DNA of 34,451 nucleotides from Octopus sinensis. Lineage: Eukaryota. The DNA is taken from the NCBI RefSeq assembly GCF_006345805.1, contig NW_021831900.1, forward strand, positions 1 to 34,451. The letters are read 5' to 3'. The position numbers were made by a program, and so were the translations under genes. The notes below the pieces were generated by a model. It worked only from the letters and a program-made list of their open reading frames with translations. It had not been told where the DNA came from and did no database searches. Shown piece by piece: positions 1 to 10,565 of this stretch; within the stretch, counting starts at the first letter, position 1, and each line of letters starts with the position of its first letter.

Positions 1-204
1 AAAACACACACACACACACACACACGAGAGAGAGAGAGGAGGAGGAGAGGTACAGGTAGATACAGTGACGCACACACACACACATGCGTACCATGCATGG
101 GCGTACGCACAGGTAATGTTGTGAATGAATCGATATATTGGCTAATGAATCCTTTTAAACATAATAGCCATTTTGAAAAGCCATTATTAGATAGACGCAC
201 TCTG

Positions 205-720
205 GATCGCATATACACACATTTATACACACACCCATATATATATATATATCTACACAAACATGTACATATACATACATACACACATATACATATATCT
301 ACACAAACATGTACACATACACACACACACATATATATATATACACACATATATACAAACATATATATATATACACATATACACAAACATATATATATAT
401 ACACATATACAAACATATATATATACACACACACATATACAAACATATATATATACACACACATATACAAACATATATATATACATACACATATACAAAC
501 ATATATATACACATACATATACACACAGACATATATACATATATATACAGATATATACCACACATATATATACACATACATATTTATATATATATACAGA
601 TATATACCACACATATATATATACACATACATATTTATATATATATACAGATATATACACATACATATATACACCATATATATATACACACACACTCACA
701 CACAGAGGCTTTTATATTAT
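205..720. repeat. Compound (AT)n/(AC)n micro/minisatellite with ~25-bp and ~50-bp higher-order units
   Basis: Recurrent atatatatacacacatatacaaac and atatatacagatatataccacac units; source of the Y/I/H/T-rich ORFs at 97-791. Confidence 0.95.
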
Positions 721-725
721 ATATA

Positions 726-957
726 TATTTCTCTATTACCCACAAGGGGCTAAACATAGAGGGGACAAACAAGGATAGACAAACGGATTAAGCCGATTAC
801 ATCGACCCCAGTGCGAAACTGGTACTTTTATTTATCGACCCCGGAAGGATGAAAGGCAAAGTCGACCTCGGCGGAATTTGAACTCAGAACGTAACGACAG
901 ACGAAATACCACAAAGCATTTCGCCCGGCGTGCTAACGTTTCTGCCAGCTCGCCGCC
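726..957 (-). mobile_element. tRNA-derived SINE, family N (central gagttcaaattccgccgaggtcgactttgcctttcatcctttcggggtcgataaa motif), full length
   Basis: Near-identical to about ten other copies in the window; B-box-like GAGTTCAAATTCC on the minus strand; tail ends ...taaagaaata. Confidence 0.85.
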
Positions 958-1445
958 TATACTATTATATATATATATATATAAAGAGTGTGAGTAAGAG
1001 AAATAGATAGAATGAGAGAGAGAGAGACTTGTATTTTATTTTTTAGATAAAAGCAACATTATGTACGTAGACGCACATTTATGTACAATTTTGTATGCAT
1101 GTTTGTGTGTGTGTTCACATAAAGCATGCGAGAACACATGCACACAAGCGCAATTCAATGCACTCAGATGAAAGACTTAGACAATAGGAGTATAAATTAG
1201 CAAAGCAGCCCAGAAAAGACAGCTCAGCTAGAAAAATCGTTGAATGCACCAACGTGATGCACGTGTGTCTATGCATGTGTGTGCACACTGACTCCATCAT
1301 AAGCACACGCATAAATGCACACACACACACACACACAGAGAGTAATAACGTTAATGCACACAAACAATATGTAGCTAATCTAATAATCAAACAGAAAAAA
1401 GTATACAAAACGAGGAGAGATGCGTGAGGTTAGCACTGATCATAC

Positions 1446-1511
1446 GGGCAAAGCACTGACTGAAATACACTTGCTGGGCCCCAGTGAAGCAGCATTTTTT
1501 GACTCGGAACC
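1446..1511 (-). other. Weak candidate exon (66 nt)
   Basis: Acceptor ttccctttggaatag| and donor CCC|gtatga in unique sequence; all three frames open; no recognisable protein. Confidence 0.15.
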
Positions 1512-1558
1512 CTATTCCAAAGGGAACGGAATTTGCTTAACCAAACTAGTGCTTCAGA

Positions 1559-1662
1559 TTCAGTTCCACTGCATGGCACCTTGGGTAAGAATCTACTATA
1601 GCCCCAGGCTGATCAAAGCCTTGTGAGTGGATCTGGTAGACAAAAACTGGAAGAAGCCTGCC
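1559..1662 (+). mobile_element. CORE-type SINE head fragment
   Basis: ttcagttccactgcatggcaccttgggtaag...gccttgtgagtggatctggtagac matches the full copies at 3109 and 11130. Confidence 0.8.
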
Positions 1663-1707
1663 CTATATATATATATATATATATAAATGTATGTATATGT
1701 ATTAAGG

Positions 1708-1937
1708 GGCAGGGAGCTGGCAGAAACTTTAGCGTGGTGGGCGAAACGCTTAGCAGTATTTCGTCTGCCGTTACATTCTGAGTTCAAATTCCGCCGATGT
1801 CAACTTTGCCTTTCATCCTCTCGAGGTTGATAAATAAAGTACCAGTTTCGCACTGGGGTCGATGTAATCGACCTAATCCCTTTGTCTGTCCTTGTTTGTC
1901 CCCTCTATGTTTAGCCCCTTGTGGGTAATAAAGAAAT
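1708..1937 (+). mobile_element. Family N SINE, full length
   Basis: ggcagggagctggcagaaac...gagttcaaattccgcc...taataaagaaata. Confidence 0.85.
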
Positions 1938-2300
1938 ATATATATATATATATATCATCATCATCATTTAGCGTCCGTTTTAAATATATATATATATAGG
2001 TACACAATCTTTGATCTGGAAATCTAAAATCTGGGAAGTCCCCAAAACCGAATGTTTTTTGTGAAGAGTGGAGTACGTCATAACAGGGTCATTTGGTGCG
2101 CAAACAGCCAACCACAGTGATCCGACTCATTCAGGCATGACGTGGCAATGCTTGGCAGGTCGGCCACCACTTACCACCAAGTGTCAAGTGTGACTCAGAA
2201 CTCGTAGAGAGAAGACGCCCATTTGTTGTTTGCCGTCTTCAGGTTTGTTCGACTTTGTATATAATTTACCCTGAAAATGTCAAAAAAATCTGCCGATACC

Positions 2301-2902
2301 TATTTCTTTACTACCCACAAGGGGCTAAACACAGAGGGGACAAACAAGGACAGGCAAACAAATTAAGTCGATTACATTGACCCCAGTGCGTAACTGGTAC
2401 TTAATTTATCGACCCATAAAGGATGAAAGGCAAAGTCGACCTCAGCGGAATTTGAACTCAAAACGTAAAGACAGACGAAATACCTATTTCTTTACTACCC
2501 TCAAGGGGCTAAACATAGAGGGGACAAACAAGGACAGACAAAAGGATTAAGTCGATTATATCAACCCCCAGTGTGTAACTGGTACTTAATTTATCGACCC
2601 CAAAAGGATGAAAGGCAAAGTCGACCTCGGCGGAACTTGCACTCAGAACGTAGCGGCAGACGAAATACCTATTTCTTTACTGCCCATGAGGGGCTAAACA
2701 CAGAGGGGACAAACAAGGACAGACAAACGGATTAAATCGATTACATCGACCCCAGTGCGTAACTGGTACTTAATTTATCGACCCCGAAAGGATGAAAGAC
2801 AAAGTCGACCTTAGCGGAATTTGAACTTGGAATGTAACGGCAGATGAAATTCGGCTACGCATTTCGCCCAGCGTGCTAACGATTCTGCCAGCTCACCACC
2901 TT
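2301..2902 (-). mobile_element. Family N SINE trimer (one full plus two 5'-truncated copies)
   Basis: Units start at 2301, 2485 and 2670; flanked by tctgccgatacc (2289-2300) and tctgcggatacc (2903-2914). Confidence 0.9.
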
Positions 2903-3108
2903 TCTGCGGATACCGCAATGGATAACAATGAGCAAAAGACAAGGAAACATTTATTATTTTCAATAACGCAGTAAGTGGAGTTACTACGGAAACTTGATGG
3001 TGGCGTGTCTGTGTGGAGGCTTATTGAAGAAACAGAAAGACATATTACTGAAGTTTTATAGTTAAAGGGATGGTCGTAAACTAATGGAAAATAAGAAAAC
3101 ACTACATA

Positions 3109-3775
3109 GGTGCAGGAGTGGCTGTGTGGTAAGTAGCTTGCTAACCAACCACATAGTTTCGGGTTCAGTCCCACTGCGTGGCACCTTGGGCAAGTGTCTT
3201 CAGCTATAGCCCCGGGCCGACCAATGCCTTGTGAGTGGATTTGGTAGACGGAAACTGAAAGAAGCCTGTCGTATATATGTATATATATATGTATATGTAT
3301 GTGCGTGTATGTGTTTGTGTGTCTGTGTTTGTCCCCCTAGCATTGCTTGACAACCTATTTCTTTATTACCCACAAGGGGCTAAATACAGAGGGGACAAAC
3401 AAGGACAGACATAGGTATTAAGTCGATTACATCGACCCCAGTGCGTAACTGGTACTTGATTTATCGACCCCGAAAGGATGAAAGGCAAAGTCGACCTCGG
3501 CGGAATTCGAACTCACAACGTAACACAGACGAAATACCGCTAAGCATTTCGCCCGGCGTGCTAACGTTTCTGCCAGCTCACCGCATTGCTTGACAACCGA
3601 TGCTGGTGTGTTTACGTCCCCGTTACTTAGCAGTTCGGCAAAAGAAACTGATAGAATAAGTACTGGGCTTACAAAGAATAAGTCCCGGGGTCGATTTGCT
3701 CGACTAAAGGCGGTGCTCCAGCATGGCTGCAGTCAAATGACTAAAACAAGTAAAAGAGTAAAAGAGAGTATGAGT
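3109..3775 (+). mobile_element. Full-length CORE-type composite SINE with internal microsatellite, hosting a nested SINE
   Basis: A box tggctgtgtgg, B box ggttcagtccc, CORE-like gcaccttgggcaagtgtctt, tail ggcggtgctccagcatggctgcagtcaaatgac...taaaagagtaaaag. Confidence 0.88.
3356..3582 (-). mobile_element. Family N SINE nested in the CORE-type SINE
   Basis: Perfect 16-bp TSD gcattgcttgacaacc at 3340-3355 and 3583-3598. Confidence 0.92.
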
Positions 3776-4014
3776 AAGGGCAAAAAATGAAGAACTTGAC
3801 TGTGTGGTGATAGAATGGATTCGACAATGAAGAAGGGAACCCTAACCCTAATGTATACCACTGGATGGTTTGCTGGTCATGAAACAACCTAGAATATATT
3901 AAAAGGATTTGAACATTGAAGGAGAGTGTCAATATTCAGAATGGTTGGCGGCAAAAATTTAAGAAGCTTTCTGGTGTGAAGAATCTGAAAATTTTCTTTT
4001 GAGAAAATATATCT

Positions 4015-4150
4015 GGCCATAGAGAAATATCCCCTTGCTTGGAAACAAGGGTTGGCACCAGGAAGGGCATCCGGCCATTAAAAAAAAATCTACATCGATA
4101 AGCTCAGTCTAATCCATGTTAAGAATGGAAACGTGGACATTAGAATAATG
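4015..4150 (+). mobile_element. Degraded SINE 3' fragment (RTE-type tail family)
   Basis: cttggaaacaagggttggcaccaggaagggcatccggcc...ggaaacgtggacattag resembles 15550-15725 and 22140-22378. Confidence 0.6.
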
Positions 4151-4590
4151 TCTTGCCTGATTTCCAACCAGTTCTCATGGTCAAGTTCTTTGCAGAAAAT
4201 TTCAAAATTCAAGGTGGTTCAAATCCAAGTCTTTCTGCAACTTTTAATTTTCATTGCAGCATTAAGATTGTATTTCGAGGTAACTTAGGGAAAAATCACA
4301 ATGCGACTCAAATGGATTCAGGCAAGCTGAAATCTTATCCTTGCAAACATGTTCTTGGTGATCTGAAATCTAATCATTAGCCCAGGTGGACTTAGTCATG
4401 TAATCTTTGATACAAATTAAATGAATCATGACATTTAATCTTTGATACAGATGAAATGAGTCACAGAATACATTTTAAACGCACTGCTCTGAAATCCTCT
4501 CAAAAATATCCGCAGGACAGTTTATGTAAAGTCTGCCATCCAATACAGAATACATATGCTTTGTAAACTACAAGAGACTTTTAAAGATTG

Positions 4591-5460
4591 CTAGCAGTAT
4601 CGCCCAGCATTGCTCGGGTTTGTTTCGACCCTTTAGAATAAGAATTTTTGAAAAGTAAAAATTTTGCATTATGTAGCTTGTTATTCTCTTTAAGTGAACA
4701 TTTTTTCTGGTTGAAATACACCGAAAAATGGCGACACAATAGTAAAAAAAATAGGTATTTTCATAGAAAAAAACACCTTTTTGATGTAAATAATTTTTGG
4801 TGTTAACATGGTCCGATTTGAATTATTCTTCTACGGAATGAAGAGCAAGCCTTCTTCTATCATACTCTCAATTTTGGTCAACTTGTGCCACAGGGTCTCA
4901 GAGGAGATAGTGTTAGTTGAAGGCTACCAAACCTGCCATACACAGACAACTTCAGCTTTATATACATAAACTAGTAGTATTGCCCGACGTTGCTCGGGTT
5001 TGTTTCAACCCTTAAGAATTGGAATTTTTGAAAAGTAAAAATTTTGCATTATGTAGCTTGTTATTCTCTTTAAGTGAACATTTTTTCTGGTTGAAATACA
5101 CCGAAAAATGGCGACACAATAGTAAAAAAAATAGGTATTTTCATAGAAAAAAACACCTTTTTGATGTAAATAATTTTTGGTGTTAACATAGTCCGATTTG
5201 AATTATTCTTCTACGGAATGAAGAGCAAGCCTTCTTCTATCATACTCTCAATTTTGGTCAACTTGCGCCACAGGGTCTCAGAGGAGATAGTGTTAGTTGA
5301 AGGCTACCAAACCTGCCATACACAGACAACTTCAGCTTTATATACATAAACTAGTAGTATTGCCCGGTGTTGCTCTGGTTTGTTTCGACCCTTTAGAATT
5401 GGAATTTTTGAAAAGTAAAAAGTTTGCATAATGTAGCTTGTTATTCTCTTTAAGTGAACA
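4591..5460 (+). mobile_element. Head-to-tail array (2.3 x 380 bp) of a putative non-autonomous Helitron-like element
   Basis: Units start at 4591, 4971 and 5351 with ctag(c/t)agtat(c/t)gccc..gttgctcgggt and end cagacaacttcagctttatatacataaa; copies highly similar; no TIRs or TSD. The repeat is certain, the Helitron class is inferred. Confidence 0.65.
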
Positions 5461-5715
5461 TATATACACACACACACATACACACATACACTCGCATGCA
5501 CATACACTCTTATACCAGATATGACAAAGTGGTTAGCCACCAAATGGAGAAATTAAAAAATAATGCTTATATTACAGAGTACCCCAAACCCACACCCCCT
5601 GTTCTCCCTTTCTCTCCCCTCCCCGTCCACCCAACTTAAATGCTGTGTTTCAACAATACATTCCTCACACTTGTGGAGACTTCTGTGGCACCCATGACCC
5701 AACACCCTTGAGAAA

Positions 5716-5754
<39 letters not shown>

Positions 5755-5851
5755 GAACCAAAATGATAATTAACGACATTCTTCACTTTCACATCTGCAC
5801 TTAGACTTCTAAACAGACCCACACAGATACATATCTATAGACACACACGTA

Positions 5852-5897
<46 letters not shown>

Positions 5898-5989
5898 TAT
5901 GATGGCATGAGAGCTGACATTTATGGAATCTCTCGTTAATTTTCAAAAACATCAATCAGCACCATCGACAACAGCACAAATAATCTGAG

Positions 5990-5993
5990 AATA

Positions 5994-6045
<52 letters not shown>

Positions 6046-6190
6046 ACATATATATATATATATATATATGTACATATATAAACACTTGTATATGTGTATG
6101 TACATTTATATATATATATATATATATACATACACATATATACACACACACACATGGACATTATATATACATACATATATGTATATGTGC

Positions 6191-6231
<41 letters not shown>

Positions 6232-6542
6232 TATATAAACACTTGTATAGGTGTATGTACATTTATATATACATACACACATATATATATATATATACAC
6301 ACACACACATGGACATTATATATACATACATATATGTATGTGTGTGTGTGTGTGAGTATATATATGTGTATATATATATATGTACATATATAAACACTTG
6401 TATATGTGTATGTACATTTATATATATATATATACATATATATATACACACACATATGGACATTAAATATACATACATATATGTATATGTGTGTGTGAGA
6501 CAACATACACATAACATGTACATACACACACACACACACACA
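5990..6542. repeat. Higher-order (~156 bp) repeat of compound AT/GT microsatellite
   Basis: Marker aacacttgta at 6081, 6238 and 6393; marker catggacatta recurs with the same period. Confidence 0.9.
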
Positions 6543-6746
6543 TAATTCCCTCACTGCTACAAATTGGCCAACTGGCAAGCACTTTCAAGTAATCATTGCT
6601 AACCTGAACCAAAGCATACTCTTTGAGGCCAGTACTGAGCTCTCAAGGGAGTGGCAAATGTCAAGATGGTGCCGGTGGGGAAGGGGGGTGATGTTGAATG
6701 GTTTGAGGGGCAGGAGAGGGCGAGTTTCCTCAAGAATAACAATATC

Positions 6747-6910
6747 TAACTCTTTGGCATTTAAACCACCCACACCAATATTCTAAGGGTTTTATGCTCA
6801 AACTGGCCATATCTGGCCTCTCACACTTACCCTACAATGTTATTCTACAAATAAATAATCACATCCTTGAAATCTTGAAGCTATGAGATAATGTCTGATT
6901 AATTAAAAAC
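6747..6910 (+). mobile_element. Truncated piggyBac-type MITE (second family)
   Basis: Degenerate taactctttggcatttaaacc start; body is the reverse complement of 20561-20758. Confidence 0.6.
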
Positions 6911-7325
6911 GTGCATGGCACCTTGGGCAAGTATCTTCTACTAGAGCCTCAGGTTGACCAAAGCCTTGCAAGAGGATTTGGTAGAAGGAAACTGAAAGAA
7001 GCCTCTGTGGTGCATGTGAAACTGAAAAAAGCCCATCCATATATATATATATTATTATTATATATATATATATATATATATTATGTATGTATGTATGTGT
7101 GTGTGTTTGTTATTTGTGTCTGTGTTTGTCCCTCACCACCATTACTTGACAACCAATGTTGGTGTGTTTACATCCTCGTCAGCCAGAGGTTCGGCAAAAA
7201 GAAACCAATAGAATAAGTATTAGGCTTACAAAGAATAAGTTCTGGCATAGATTTGTTCGACTAAAGGTGGTGCTCCAGCATGGCCACAGTCAAATGACAA
7301 AAACAAGTAAAAAAAAAAAAAAAAG
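6911..7325 (+). mobile_element. 5'-truncated CORE-type SINE
   Basis: gcatggcaccttgggcaagt...ggtggtgctccagcatggccacagtcaaatgac, A-rich end. Confidence 0.85.
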
Positions 7326-7345
7326 AAGAATATATATAAATCATA

Positions 7346-7539
7346 GTCGTGGCAGATACTGGTGTGACGCCGGTGGCACATGAGAGCACCCATTACACTC
7401 TCGGGTGGTTGACATGAGGAAAGACATTCAGCCTTAGAAACCAAATCAAACAGGGAGTCTGGTGAGGCCCCTCAGTTGACCAGCTCTGGTCAAGTCGTCC
7501 AACCCATGCCAGCATGGATAACGGATCTTAAATGATGAT
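7346..7539 (+). mobile_element. SINE 3' fragment with RTE-type (GAT)n tail
   Basis: ggtggcacatgagagcaccc...tccaacccatgccagcatggataacggatcttaaatgatgat. Confidence 0.75.
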
Positions 7540-7555
7540 ATATTTTCTGTATTGT

Positions 7556-7980
7556 GAAGGAGTGGATGTGTGGTAAATAGCTTGTTTACCAACCACATGG
7601 TTCCGGGTTCAGTCCCACTGCATGGCACCTTGGGCAAGTGTCTTCTACTATAGCCTCAGACCGACCAAAGCCTTGTGAGTGGATTTGGATAGAAGGAAAC
7701 TGAAAGAAGCCCGTCATATATATAGTGAGAAATACGTGTATGTGTGTGTGTTTGTGTATGTGTATATATGTTTGTGTGCCTGTGTTTGTCCCACCTCCAT
7801 CACTTGACAAGCAATGTTGGTGTGTTTAGGTCACTGTAACCTAGCAGTTCAGCAAAAGACACCAATAGAATAAGTACTAGGCTTACAAAGAATAAGTCCT
7901 GGGATCAGTTTGCTCAACTAAAGGTGGTGCTCCAGCATGGCCACAGTCAAATGACTGAAGCAAATAAAAGAATAACAGAA
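7556..7980 (+). mobile_element. Full-length CORE-type SINE
   Basis: Head, CORE motif, microsatellite and tail as at 3109. Confidence 0.88.
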
Positions 7981-8293
7981 TAATAGAATGCGAATGAAGA
8001 TTCTATGACAAATAAAAATCAACACCAAACTAAACACATCCCTCATGTTGCTCCCCATTACTTCACCATGACCTTGGATCAGGGATGTTTCATCCTTCAG
8101 GTTAATTCCTTTACATATACACTACTGAATAGCCATTCATGGTCACTCTCGATTGCTACTAGTCACATATAACACAGTACAACCTGTCGTGTGGTCAGGT
8201 CGACTAAACTGGCAAGCTTGGTAAGGAGGGTGGTTTGAACACCCTGCAACATGTGTATATGTGTGTGTGTGTGTGTACACACACATATGTATA

Positions 8294-8526
8294 TAGGTGG
8301 CAAGCTGGCAGAAACATTAGCATGCTGGGCAAAATGCTTAGTGCTATTTCATCTGCCGCTACGTTCTGAGTTCAAATTACGCCGAGGTCGACTTTGCCTT
8401 TCATCCTTTCGTGGTCGATAAATTAAGTACCAGTTACGCACTGGGATCGATATAATCAACTTAATCCCTTTGTCTGTCCTTGTTTGACCCCTCTGTGTGT
8501 AGCCCCTTGTGGGCAGTAAAGAAATA
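8294..8526 (+). mobile_element. Family N SINE with TSD
   Basis: 13-bp direct repeat acacatatgtata at 8281-8293 and 8527-8539. Confidence 0.88.
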
Positions 8527-8854
8527 ACACATATGTATACATGCATGCATATATACACATACATGTGTGTATACAGACAGACAGATAGATAGATAGATAG
8601 ACAGATAGATAGACACAAAGATCTACAAACATACAGATGTAGAGAAACAGGCAGTCAGGCATGCAAACATGTGGCCCACATGGCACATCTCGGTTCACCT
8701 AAAAGCCAAGGCATTTGTCACGAAATATTCTATAAATAAATTAAAATAAATTAAATTAGCGAAAGTCATAATGGTGTTTGTGTGAAAAGTGGAACAGGAA
8801 TTGAAGACTCCAGTACATTCATACAGGGTGTTTAGAAGGCCATTGTGCAATTTC

Positions 8855-8889
8855 ATACATGTATGTATGTGTGTGTGTGTGTGTGTGTG

Positions 8890-8920
<31 letters not shown>

Positions 8921-8940
8921 CATACATAGAGAGAGAGAGA

Positions 8941-8980
<40 letters not shown>

Positions 8981-9070
8981 TATACCATATATATATATAT
9001 ATACACATATATATATATATACAGAGAGAGACATACATACACATATATATACATATATATACAGAGAAAG

Positions 9071-9103
<33 letters not shown>

Positions 9104-9270
9104 CATGTACACACACACATATATACAAATACACATATACATGTAAATATACACATATAAAGACACACACCACACACACACATATATATATACATGTATA
9201 TATACACACATACAGACACATGTATGTATATATATATATACACATATATACACAACGCACACACACATGC
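8855..9270. repeat. Compound GT/AG/AT/AC microsatellite
   Basis: Direct inspection. Confidence 0.95.
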
Positions 9271-9420
9271 ACAATTCCACAGTGACTTTCCAAGGACTAT
9301 GTACAATACAGAATGTGCGTGTGTGTATGCACGTGCATGTCTGAGTTCATGTACATGCAAGCATGTATGCGCATACATGCGTGTGTGTGTGTGTGTGTGT
9401 GTGCATATCCATACTCTTAC

Positions 9421-9516
9421 ATGGAATGTGATGACAAGAACAAAGGCATCTATGATGACAGCTGCAATGACAATAGATGCCTCGGTAAATACCATTCCTG
9501 CTGGTTGACATTTCTC
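9421..9516 (-). CDS. Candidate internal exon encoding a transmembrane-like segment of an unidentified protein
   Basis: Acceptor ttctgatttcccag|G, donor CAT|gtaaga, 96 nt; phase-0 reading EKCQPAGMVFTEASIVIAAVIIDAFVLVITFH; unique sequence between microsatellites. Confidence 0.4.
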
Positions 9517-9954
9517 CTGGGAAATCAGAAGTCAACTTAATTTGGAAGTGTCGCTTGAGAAAAAAAAAACCATCTAAAACCACCCCATGAAAAACAACTA
9601 AAACAGTCACCCACACACGCGCAGAGCTAGGGTTGCCAAAAACAAAGAATATTAAACAAAATCTCCAACTTCCATATTTTGTGAAACTGGAGTCTGGAAC
9701 AACAGGAGATAAGATTCTGATAAGAAAGTGTGGGGCGAAGGGGTGTTAAACCTATTTTAAGGTCAGGCACAGGTATGGCAGTGTGGGCGTGAGGTTTGCT
9801 TTGAATCCATGTGCTAATGTGGTTTCTGTTCAAGTCCCACTTCAAGGTACCTTGAACAAGTCCTCTGCTCCATAGCCCCAGAATGGGCAATGCTTTGTCA
9901 GTGAATTTGGTAGATAGAAACTGTGTGGAAGCCCATCATGTGTGTGTGTGTGTC

Positions 9955-10050
9955 ATCATCATCGTTTAGCGTCCGCTTTCCATGCTGGCATGGGTTGGAC
10001 GGTGCAACTGGGGTCTGGGAAGCCAGAAGGCTGCACAAGGCTCCAGTCTG
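9955..10050 (-). mobile_element. RTE-type-tail SINE 3' fragment
   Basis: tcatcatcatcgtttagcgtccgctttccatgctggcatgggttggac. Confidence 0.8.
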
Positions 10051-10072
10051 ATCGTGTGTGTACATATATATC

Positions 10073-10565
10073 GTGGCATTCTGTCGGTTACAACAATGAG
10101 GGTCCCAGTTGATCCGATCAACGGAGCAGCCTGCTCGTGAAATTATCATGCGAGTGGCTGAGCACTCCCCAGACACATGTACCAATTTCTTTATTACCCA
10201 CAAGGGGCTAAACATAGAGGGGACAAACAAGGACAGACATAGGTATTAAGTCGATTATATCGACCCCAGTGTGTAACTGGTACTTAATTTATCAACCCCG
10301 AAAGGATGAAAGGCAAAGTCGACCTCAGCGGAATTTGAACCCACAACGTAACGACAGATGAAATACGGCTACGCATTTCGCCTGACGTGCTAACGTTTAT
10401 GCCAGCTCGCAGACACATGTACCCTTAACGTAGTTCTTGGGGAGATTCAGCGTGACACAGAGAGTGACAAGGCCGGCCCTTTGAAATACAGGTATAACAG
10501 AAACAGGAAGAAAGAGTAAGAGAAACTCGTGGTGAAAGAGTACAGCAGGGTTCGCCACCACTCCC
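10073..10565 (-). mobile_element. 5'-truncated SINE (family T body, tail variant 3) hosting a nested SINE
   Basis: Shares gaaagagtacagcagggttcgccaccac with 20774-21683 and 27178-27467; continuous once 10184-10423 is removed. Confidence 0.75.
10184..10409 (-). mobile_element. Nested family N SINE
   Basis: Perfect 14-bp TSD cagacacatgtacc at 10170-10183 and 10410-10423. Confidence 0.92.

Larger units (their letters stand above)
1997..4008 (+). mobile_element. Tigger/pogo-like (Tigger4/Zombi-like) DNA transposon 5' part with decayed transposase, interrupted by SINEs
   Basis: Removing inserts gives MSKKSADT(2277-2300)+AMDNNEQKTRKHLLFSITQ*VELLRKLDGGVSVWRLIEE / KQKDILLKFYS*RDGRKLMENKKTLHR(2915-3110)+AKNEELDCVVIEWIRQ*RRE..CIPLDGLLVMKQPRIY*KDLNIEGECQYSE/GWRQKFKKLSGVKNLKI(3780-4000). 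This is a psq plus CENP-B/Tc5 HTH pattern, preceded by a TIR-like start near 1997. Stops and frameshifts present. Confidence 0.8.

Noticed and set aside
97-791. Long ORFs of 148-218 aa (also at 5952-6578, 8845-9495, 18028-18518, 30962-31432)
   Set aside because: Translations of AT/AC/GT microsatellites, open on both strands and in several frames, with no domain content.
4260-4279. 20-nt plus-strand micro-exon with a strong acceptor
   Set aside because: Too short to distinguish from chance without transcript data.
9421-9500. Plus-strand peptide ECDDKNKGIYDDSCNDNRCLGKYHSC resembling CDDxNxC Cys-rich repeats
   Set aside because: It is the in-register antisense of the hydrophobic minus-strand reading and has no plus-strand splice acceptor.
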